Assembly: GCF_965284475.1 (NCBI RefSeq)
Contig: NZ_OZ260087.1
Location: forward strand, 2,645,646-2,709,645
DNA length: 64,000 bases
Direction of reading: 5' to 3'
Source: Hyphomonas sp.
GTDB lineage: Bacteria; Pseudomonadota; Alphaproteobacteria; Caulobacterales; Hyphomonadaceae
Shown: piece after piece, positions 56,928 through 64,000 of the stretch
Position numbering within the stretch: position 1 is the first letter of the stretch
Layout of the letters: each line of letters opens with the position of its first letter
Notes under the pieces: generated by a model
What the model was told of the DNA's origin: nothing
The model's database searches: none
The model's input: the letters and a program-made list of their open reading frames with translations, nothing else
Made by a program: the position numbers and the translations under genes

Positions 56928-57758
56928 TCAGAGTATGTAGAAGTACTTGAAATCGTATGAACCATGCGGGGCTGCCACGGCGGCGCGGTAACCCTGAACC
57001 GGTGGCACGTCCCATAGGCCGTACGCATTGATGGCGTCAGCTGCGCCCCAGGCCCGCAGGACAGCAGCCGGCGCGTCAGGATCGACCCTGACTTCGAAAC
57101 AATTCAGTGGAATTTCAAGGCCTCGACCGTCGGCCTTGATCAGGGCCTCCTTGCGCGTCCAGCAGGCAAAGAAGCCATCCAGGCGCCGCATCTCATCAAG
57201 TGCTGAAAGTTCGACATATTCGCCAGGCGCGAATGTGTCCTGGGCGAGCCTCTCCATTCGGTCCAGCGTGCGGATTTCTTCAATGTCCACGCCGATACTG
57301 CCCTCTGTTGCCACCGCCAGAAGGCCCCAGCTGCCAGAGTGGGACAGATTGAAACTGAGTGGTCGCGCATGTTCTGGCGTCTGCAGGCGGGGTTTGTTGT
57401 TGGTGCCGATGGCGAAAGTCAGGTCTTTTGCCGCGCCGGCACCACAAGCGCTCAGGACGATCCGCATGGCGCCATGTGCGGCGATAAATCGTGAGCGGTG
57501 TTCTGCGAAATGGAAGCGCTCGGCGCGCTGACGCTCATCGGCGCTCAATACATCCATAAGTTGTTCCATCTCCAAGGGCGGTTCTGCCGTGTTGAATAAC
57601 CAGATATGCACGGAACCAGGCTCGGGCCGCCACGAAGGGTGCGTGCCGGACGTTTCAGTCGCTGATCTGGAAAGCTGGGAAATAGAAACGGTCTGGAAGG
57701 CCCGAGAACCTAGGTCAGAATGGGGGATTCGCCCGTTTCTGGGTACTTCTGCTGTCAC
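56928..57758 (-). CDS. Sfp-type 4'-phosphopantetheinyl transferase (start uncertain)
   Basis: LSADERQRAERF, NKPRL, FNLSHS, IGVDIE and FFACWTRKEALIKADGRGL. Confidence 0.92.
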   Translation of the reverse strand: MTAEVPRNGRIPHSDLGSRAFQTVSISQLSRSATETSGTHPSWRPEPGSVHIWLFNTAEPPLEMEQLMDVLSADERQRAERFHFAEHRSRFIAAHGAMRIVLSACGAGAAKDLTFAIGTNNKPRLQTPEHARPLSFNLSHSGSWGLLAVATEGSIGVDIEEIRTLDRMERLAQDTFAPGEYVELSALDEMRRLDGFFACWTRKEALIKADGRGLEIPLNCFEVRVDPDAPAAVLRAWGAADAINAYGLWDVPPVQGYRAAVAAPHGSYDFKYFYIL

Positions 57759-58011
57759 GAAATCGACTTTCGAAACGTTGACTCTTTCGGACGCAATGTG
57801 GCACAGCTCGGGACAGAGGGCGGTGCTTGGGGGAGCAGCGTTTTCGCATTCGAAAGCAACGCATCGTATTCGATACTGCAGCTGTCAGTGGTTGAAATAC
57901 GGGTGCTCACCTCCGGTTGTATCGCAAAGGGACTCGAATTGCATAAAGGCGAGGGGGCGCAACTTGAGATCATGTCGTTCCAGCTGAGTCGATTGCGATT
58001 GTTTAAGTAAC

Positions 58012-61000
58012 ATGGACGTCGCCCGATTTATAGAAGATCTTTCCAGGGTCGGCGTCACACTCTGGACGTCCGATGGCAAGATTCGCTTTCGCGGTCCCAA
58101 AGGCGCGCTTGGCGAAAAAGACAAGTTCACGATACGCGAAAACCATGCGGCAATCGTGGAAGTGCTTGCCAATTGGCAAGTTGTTCGCGACCTGCCACTT
58201 GCTGATGGCCAGCGATCCCTCTGGTTTGTTCACCGCCAGGCTCCGCTAAGCCCGACCTACAATTTCGGAACGGCCATACGGGTACGGGGCCCTGTTGAGC
58301 CAATGGCACTGAAGACGGCCTTCCAGAAGGTAGTGGAGCGCCATGCTGCCCTGCGTGCCAGCTTTCCGGTCGTGGCGAATAATCCCGTTCAGAGAATTCC
58401 GCACGATCAAAAGGTGCATCTGGACTATCACAGGATTGATGGCAGCGCCGATGCGGAGGTCATCGCGCATGTGCTGAGCGTGCACAGGCGCCCTTTCAAC
58501 CTGGCGACTGGTCCGGTTTCCCGATTGGCTTTGTTCCGGGTGGCACCAAACGATCATGTCATCCTTTTTGGAGCGCACCACATCGTATGTGACGCGACAG
58601 GGGGTGCGACAGCCTGCCATGATCTCAAACAATTCTACATCGAAGGGGTTGCAGGCAAGCCGGCTGAGCTGACGCCCCGGACTGCCGATTTCCCGGATTT
58701 TGTCGATTGGCAGCGATCAGTACTGTCAGGCCCTCAAGGCGAGGCGTTGCTGGCGCATTGGCAAGAGCGACTGAAGCCTCCGCTTCCTGTGCTTGCCCTT
58801 CCGACTGACAGGCCAAGGCCCGTCAACAGACAGTTCCGTGGTGACACCTTGCAGAGGGTTTTTTCATCTGAACAGATAGCGGCGCTCGATGCGCTGGCAA
58901 CGCGCACGCGCGCGACCCGATCTGCAATATTGATTGCACTTATGGCGGCAATGCTCGGGCGTGTTTGCGATCAGGATGATGTCGTGATCGGGACCCCCTT
59001 CTTCGGGCGCGCGGATGAGCGGTTCGAAACGACAGTCGGTCATTTTGCAAACCCGCTTCCTATCCGCCTCACCGTTTCGCCCGCATGTTCCTTCGATGAC
59101 CTGATTATTGAGGCACGCGAGCGGCTGCTCGACGCGCTCGACAATCAGGATATGCCGCTTCTGCGACTTGTAGATGCCCTCAATCCGCCCCGCGATTCCA
59201 CGCGGATGCCCTTTTTTGATGTTCTGTTCACGTTTCTTTTGTTCGATCATCTGACGGGCGGTTTGCAGTCAGAAAATGACGCTGAAACACGCGCCATTTT
59301 CCCGGTCGAGCCATTATTGTTTCCGCTAATGGAGGGTCAGTTTGACCTGTCCGTCCGGTTCGAGGAGATGAATAACGGTCTCACAATGAACTGGAGCTTT
59401 GATACCGATCTGTTCGACAAGTCGACAATCGAGACTTTCGTGAACATTTTTTCGGAACTGGTAACGGAATTTTCAAGGGATTCATCAATTCCTGTGCGGG
59501 CCTACAACGCGGCAAGACCCTTGCAAGGCATAAAGCCGGAACAGGGAGAGCCCGAAATGGAAGTGCATGCACTGTTTGGCAGACTGGCGGACAGGGGAGT
59601 CGCCTTGTCGCTTGATGGTGATCAGTTGCGCATCAAGGCTCCAAAAGGCGCAATCGGCACGTCATTACGCGACGAACTGGTCGCCATGAAACCGGCCATC
59701 GTGGACATGCTCAGGTCCGAAGCTACCGGCTTCCGGTCGCGTTCGCCCCAGAAGGCCAATCTTCCCCTGTCATATGCGCAGCAGAGACTCTGGTTTCTGA
59801 ACCGGCTTGATCCAACCAGTACCGCTTTCAATGTCGCGGCCGGCGCCTGGATGAGTGGTCCTCTCAATCCGAAACTGATCGCCGAAGCGTTCAGGCTCCT
59901 TGCGCAGCGCCACGACGCGTTGCGCATGCGGTTTACAGAGCGCGAGGGCAAGCCCGTTGCTGAAGCGGTCGACGACCTGATGCCCCATTTTGAGTATCTG
60001 GACGTCGAGCATGTCGCGTCGGAACTTCGCAGGCAGGAAGCTGAGCGCATTGTCGATGAGCGAATACGCCGGCCGTTTGATCTCGCGACCGGCCCCCTGT
60101 GCGGCTTTACGCTCATCCGTCTGTCAGAGGATCGGTACGCATCACTGCTGCTCGCCCATCACATTATTGTTGATGGGTGGTCGATGGCCGTCGCACACCG
60201 TGAGGTCGTCGAAATCTACGACGCACTCCTTGAGGGGCGCGAGCCGGGCCTGCCCGAGGTCAAGGCGCAGGCCACGGATCATGCCCGCCGTGAGCGCCGC
60301 ATGGCCGTGTCGCCTGAATGGGCAGAACACATTGATTTCTGGCGCGAAGAACTCAGTGGCGCACCTGCGGTCATTGAGCTGCCTACGGATCGCAGGCGTC
60401 CTGCCAACCAGACCTTCAATGGCGGAAGACTGACTGAGCGGTTCGATGCGAAACTGCTGGCGGACCTGAACGCCCTCGCGCGATCCGAGGGCGTCACACT
60501 GTTCATGCTGCTGATGGCCGGATGGGCGGCAACGCTTTATCGCTATAGCGGACAGACGGACATTGTCCTGGGCTCGCCACATGCCAATCGCAACCATGCC
60601 GATCAGGAGAGCATGGTCGGTTGCCTGATCAACAACATGGTCGTGCGCTGCCGTGTCGACGGGTCCTTGAGCTTTAGCGACCATCTTGCAAATGTCCGTA
60701 GCGCGACCCTCGGATCGCTTGAGCATAGCGAACTTCCGTTCGATCTGCTGGTCGACACCGTCAATCCGGAACGCAGCGCCAGCCACGCTCCGATATTCCA
60801 GACGCTTTTCAGCTTGATGACGTTCCCGAAGATCGAACATGGCTTCAAGGGCACCGAAGTTGAGCCGATGATCCCAGGAACGGGTGCCTCAAGGTATGAC
60901 TTGTCTCTGGACTGTGTGGAGTTCGGCGGCGAGCTCCTGACGCACTACGAGTTTGCGACGGACCTGTTTGACACCGACACGATTCTGAGATTGCATCGTC

Positions 61001-62985
61001 ATTACCAAACCCTGATGCGCGCGGCGATTGCCGATCCCTTGGCGCCCGTCAAATCATTGCAAATGCTGACGCGGGATGATGCGGCAGAAATTGCCAATTC
61101 GAACGCGCGGACAGTCAAAGAGTTTGATCGTAGCGCAACCACGCTGGATATGATCGAGTCTTGCGTCCGGGAGGTTCCGGACCAAGGGGCCGTAACCGAT
61201 GCGCACGGAACACTGAGCTATGCCGAACTCGACGTGCGCGCAAATCGCCTGGCGCACCTGCTGCACAACAACGGTGTGGGTCGCGGCAGTCTGGTCGCGG
61301 TAAGTCTCGAGCGCAGCGTGAATCTTCCAATGGCGCTTCTTGCGGTCTGGAAGGCCGGCGCGGCCTATCTGCCACTTGATCCGAAACACCCGCAGGAACG
61401 CATCAACAGCATTGTTGCCGATGCCGGTGTAGACTTGGTCCTGACAGAAACAGCCTCGGCAGCGCCGTTCGGCGACAACCAGCCAGTGCTGGCGCTCGAT
61501 CAGTTGGAAAGTCGCCTTGACGCGATGCCGCATACGGCACCGGACCGCGAGACAACGCCTGAAGATCTGGCCTATGTGATCTATACGTCAGGCTCCACCG
61601 GGCGCCCGAAAGGGGTTGAAGTCGAGCACCGCAATCTCGCGGCTTTCCTGGTCGCCATGCAGGAGGAACCTGGAATCCGTGAGGGACAAACGCTCCTCGC
61701 CGTGACAACCCCGTCGTTCGACATCTTTGGACTGGAAGCATGGCTACCACTTTCATCGAAGGCGCGTATGGTTATCGCATCGCGTGAAACGGCGCTGGAC
61801 GGGCGTGCTCTGGCCGACCTTATGGACTCAGAAAATGTCGACATTCTTCAGGCCACACCCGCGACATGGAATGTTCTGATCGAGACAGGCTGGCAGGGAC
61901 GTGGGGGCCTGAAGGCGCTTTGTGGCGGCGAAGCGCTGCCGCTGGCCCTGGCCGACGCACTTCTGCAGCGCGGCTGTGATCTCTGGAATATGTATGGCCC
62001 GACCGAGACGACGATCTGGTCTTCAGTGCAACATATCGAGAAGGCCGATGATGCTATCAGCATCGGCAAGCCCATCGCGAATACGCGCATGTATATCCTG
62101 GATGACCAAGGCGTGCCGGTACCGCCTGGTGCGATTGGCGAGCTTTGTATCGGCGGTGAAGGCGTCACGCGCGGATATCGCGGCCGGCAGGATCTCACGG
62201 ACGAACGCTACCTCTCGCTGGACCTTCCCGGTCACGACAAGGAACGCATTTACCGCACCGGAGATTTCGCGCGTGAAACAGTCGATGGCCGGCTGATTTT
62301 TCTCGGGCGTCGCGACTTTCAGGTCAAGATCCGTGGTTTTCGGATCGAACTCGGCGAGATCGAGAGTGAAATTGGCGCATTGGAGAGCGTTGCCGAGTGC
62401 GCCGTTATCGCCCACGAGCGTGCCAAAGGTGATCTCGAACTTGTCGCATACGTCGTGCCCGCAGCAGGCCGCACTGTTGAACCCGGGGCCTTGCGTGCGT
62501 CACTTCGGTCCCAGTTGCCGAACTATATGGTACCGGCGCATGTTGTTGTGCTCGACGCCCTGCCGCTAACGCCCAACCTGAAAGTTGACCGCAAAGCGCT
62601 GCCGCTGCCGCAAGTCAAGCAGGCATCGGATACGTCCGCTGGCAACGTCGTCATGTCACCTGCTGAGCAAAGCGTGGCCGAGATCTGGTGCGCGGTGCTT
62701 GGCCGGACCCAGGTCGGACTTGAAGATAACTTCTTTGATATTGGCGGGCATTCCATGCTGTTGGTTCGCTTGCACGAACGGCTCCGGAATGATCTTGGTG
62801 CGACGATGGCACTGATAGAACTTTTCCAGCGCACGACAGTCGCGCAGCAGGCTGCCGCCATTCCGGGCGGTGCGGGATCCGGGCTGGTGGGGTCCGCTTC
62901 TGCTACGCAGCCGGCTCAGCCCGTCCAGTCAGACCGCCTCACACGGGCAAAAAAACGAGCGGAGCGCATCCGGCATGGCCAGTAA
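58012..62985 (+). CDS. NRPS: betaHD(TubC_N)-C-betaHD(TubC_N)-C-A(Gly)-PCP
   Basis: Two beta-hairpin docking-like segments (LSRVGVTLWTSDGKIRFRGPKGA; LADRGVALSLDGDQLRIKAPKGA). C motifs HHIVCDA and HHIIVDG. A-domain YTSGSTGRPKG and NMYGPTETT, with hand-read code DILQLGMIWK. PCP FFDIGGHS. The C-terminal tail is basic. Confidence 0.92.
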   Translation: MDVARFIEDLSRVGVTLWTSDGKIRFRGPKGALGEKDKFTIRENHAAIVEVLANWQVVRDLPLADGQRSLWFVHRQAPLSPTYNFGTAIRVRGPVEPMALKTAFQKVVERHAALRASFPVVANNPVQRIPHDQKVHLDYHRIDGSADAEVIAHVLSVHRRPFNLATGPVSRLALFRVAPNDHVILFGAHHIVCDATGGATACHDLKQFYIEGVAGKPAELTPRTADFPDFVDWQRSVLSGPQGEALLAHWQERLKPPLPVLALPTDRPRPVNRQFRGDTLQRVFSSEQIAALDALATRTRATRSAILIALMAAMLGRVCDQDDVVIGTPFFGRADERFETTVGHFANPLPIRLTVSPACSFDDLIIEARERLLDALDNQDMPLLRLVDALNPPRDSTRMPFFDVLFTFLLFDHLTGGLQSENDAETRAIFPVEPLLFPLMEGQFDLSVRFEEMNNGLTMNWSFDTDLFDKSTIETFVNIFSELVTEFSRDSSIPVRAYNAARPLQGIKPEQGEPEMEVHALFGRLADRGVALSLDGDQLRIKAPKGAIGTSLRDELVAMKPAIVDMLRSEATGFRSRSPQKANLPLSYAQQRLWFLNRLDPTSTAFNVAAGAWMSGPLNPKLIAEAFRLLAQRHDALRMRFTEREGKPVAEAVDDLMPHFEYLDVEHVASELRRQEAERIVDERIRRPFDLATGPLCGFTLIRLSEDRYASLLLAHHIIVDGWSMAVAHREVVEIYDALLEGREPGLPEVKAQATDHARRERRMAVSPEWAEHIDFWREELSGAPAVIELPTDRRRPANQTFNGGRLTERFDAKLLADLNALARSEGVTLFMLLMAGWAATLYRYSGQTDIVLGSPHANRNHADQESMVGCLINNMVVRCRVDGSLSFSDHLANVRSATLGSLEHSELPFDLLVDTVNPERSASHAPIFQTLFSLMTFPKIEHGFKGTEVEPMIPGTGASRYDLSLDCVEFGGELLTHYEFATDLFDTDTILRLHRHYQTLMRAAIADPLAPVKSLQMLTRDDAAEIANSNARTVKEFDRSATTLDMIESCVREVPDQGAVTDAHGTLSYAELDVRANRLAHLLHNNGVGRGSLVAVSLERSVNLPMALLAVWKAGAAYLPLDPKHPQERINSIVADAGVDLVLTETASAAPFGDNQPVLALDQLESRLDAMPHTAPDRETTPEDLAYVIYTSGSTGRPKGVEVEHRNLAAFLVAMQEEPGIREGQTLLAVTTPSFDIFGLEAWLPLSSKARMVIASRETALDGRALADLMDSENVDILQATPATWNVLIETGWQGRGGLKALCGGEALPLALADALLQRGCDLWNMYGPTETTIWSSVQHIEKADDAISIGKPIANTRMYILDDQGVPVPPGAIGELCIGGEGVTRGYRGRQDLTDERYLSLDLPGHDKERIYRTGDFARETVDGRLIFLGRRDFQVKIRGFRIELGEIESEIGALESVAECAVIAHERAKGDLELVAYVVPAAGRTVEPGALRASLRSQLPNYMVPAHVVVLDALPLTPNLKVDRKALPLPQVKQASDTSAGNVVMSPAEQSVAEIWCAVLGRTQVGLEDNFFDIGGHSMLLVRLHERLRNDLGATMALIELFQRTTVAQQAAAIPGGAGSGLVGSASATQPAQPVQSDRLTRAKKRAERIRHGQ

Positions 62986-64000
62986 GGAAAATTCCCCTGC
63001 TCTGTCTCCCCATGCCATTGCAATTGTTGGCATGGCGGGAAGATTCCCCGATGCGCCGGACATCGACACGTTCTGGCGTAATATCCTTGCCGGGAAAGAA
63101 TCCCTGCGGACATTTGACACCGAAACACTTGAGAAGGCGGGTGTACCGCAGGCATTGCAGGATCACCCTGATTTCGTTCCCAAAGGCACGCCGCTTGATG
63201 AAGTCGATATGTTCGATGCGGAGTTCTTTGGCCTGTCGGCTGGCGAAGCCCGGATAATCGATCCGCAGCAACGCGTCTTTCTTGAATGTGCGTGGCAGGC
63301 CATGGAGCATGCAGGCTATGCGCCGGGCGAGCTTGAAGAACCGGTAGGCGTCTTTGCCGGCACTGGCATGAACACTTACCTGATGGCGCACATCCTGTCA
63401 GATCGTGCCGCGGTAGAGGCAGCCGGCGGTTATCAATTGATGCTCGGTAACGACAAGGACTTTCTTTGCACACGGGTTAGCTACAAACTGGACCTGCGCG
63501 GGCCAAGTGCCACTGTCCAGACGGCATGCTCAACATCTCTCGTCGCAGTTGAAATGGCCTGCAGGGCCTTGTCGCGCGGCGAATGTGACATGGCGCTCGC
63601 AGGCGGGGTCTCGATCGCCTTTCCCGACAAGGCGGGGTATCTCTACCAGGAAGGCATGATCTTCTCGCCCGATGGTCATTGCCGCCCGTTCGACATCGAC
63701 GCCAAGGGCACCCGGGCAGGTGCCGGAGCAGGTGTCGTAACCCTGAAGCGCCTTGCAGACGCAGAGCGGGATGGCGACACGATCCACGCAGTAATCCGCG
63801 GCATCGCTGTCAATAATGATGGGGCGGCCAAGGCGGGCTATACGGCCCCGTCAATTGACGGACAGGCCGAAGTCGTTGCGATGGCGCAGGCGCTCGCTGG
63901 CGTATCGCCGCGCTCAATCGGCTATCTGGAAGCTCACGGGACAGCAACACCGCTGGGTGACCCCATTGAGATTGCAGCCCTGACCCAGGTTTTCCGCGAA
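62975..64000 (+). CDS. Type I PKS, hybrid-type (post-NRPS) KS domain; truncated by the window edge and absent from the ORF track
   Basis: Translating by hand from ATG 62975 gives MASKENSPALSPHAIAIVGMAGRFPDAPDIDTFWRNILAGKESL...DPQQRVFLE...GNDKDFLCTRVSYKLDLRGP...VQTACSTSLVAV...[14 protein letters not shown]. It overlaps the NRPS 3' end by 11 bp. Confidence 0.92.
   Translation, partial: MASKENSPALSPHAIAIVGMAGRFPDAPDIDTFWRNILAGKESLRTFDTETLEKAGVPQALQDHPDFVPKGTPLDEVDMFDAEFFGLSAGEARIIDPQQRVFLECAWQAMEHAGYAPGELEEPVGVFAGTGMNTYLMAHILSDRAAVEAAGGYQLMLGNDKDFLCTRVSYKLDLRGPSATVQTACSTSLVAVEMACRALSRGECDMALAGGVSIAFPDKAGYLYQEGMIFSPDGHCRPFDIDAKGTRAGAGAGVVTLKRLADAERDGDTIHAVIRGIAVNNDGAAKAGYTAPSIDGQAEVVAMAQALAGVSPRSIGYLEAHGTATPLGDPIEIAALTQVFRE

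Larger units (their letters stand above)
17567..64000. other. Hybrid cis-AT PKS-NRPS biosynthetic gene cluster; probable genomic island at tRNA-Val, continuing beyond the window
   Basis: Seven PKS genes, an NRPS, TEII, PPTase, flippase and DMT transporter lie contiguously, starting 29 bp after tRNA-Val. A/T-ending codons are visibly more common than in the core genes. Confidence 0.9.

Noticed and set aside
57819-57825. ops/JUMPstart-like GGCGGTG upstream of the NRPS
   Set aside because: It does not match GGCGGTAG, such heptamers are common in GC-rich DNA, and no RfaH-like gene is in view.
59500-59560. Pseudogene or frameshift explanation for the odd NRPS architecture
   Set aside because: The frame is open and in phase across the junction. 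An assembly error removing a stop codon cannot be excluded without reads.
17928-63787. Many short and medium ORFs overlapping the PKS/NRPS genes (e.g. 19349..20512, 34597..35535, 52462..53460)
   Set aside because: They are antisense or off-frame shadows of intact megasynthase genes, with no independent evidence of coding.
17567-64000. Integrase, transposase or att repeat for the presumed island
   Set aside because: I saw none by eye in the window, so no mobile element feature is called. The other boundary lies outside the window.
1-64000. CRISPR arrays, rRNA genes, tandem repeat arrays, prophage genes
   Set aside because: None seen. The similarity among PKS genes reflects paralogous domains, not exact DNA repeats.

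Overview
The window has two parts. Bases 1-17566 are ordinary alphaproteobacterial core genome (Caulobacterales/Hyphomonadaceae-like, by inference): an enoyl-CoA hydratase end, DUF817, a biotin-dependent acyl-CoA carboxylase alpha subunit, gltX, an MFS transporter, nadE, dacB, parE, an Old Yellow Enzyme, lon, an SDR protein and tRNA-Val(TAC). A >46 kb biosynthetic gene cluster starts 29 bp after the tRNA and runs off the right edge. Its minus-strand arm encodes an Sfp-type PPTase, a Wzx-type flippase, a type II thioesterase and six single-module cis-AT type I PKS genes, with an EamA/DMT transporter between the last two. These genes are joined by six consecutive ATGA overlaps. The divergent plus-strand arm starts with an NRPS of unusual architecture (betaHD-C-betaHD-C-A[Gly]-PCP), followed by a hybrid-type PKS that is missing from the supplied ORF track. 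The last PKS ends in DWEEGTI, a motif of the type that binds beta-hairpin docking domains, so the assembly line probably crosses between the two operons. The domain content predicts a highly reduced, multi-methyl-branched acyl chain. With no terminal TE in view, an extra C domain and a glycan flippase, my best hypothesis is an uncharacterised PKS-NRPS system making a cell-envelope glycolipid or an acylated polysaccharide. All domain calls come from reading motifs by eye; no searches were run.
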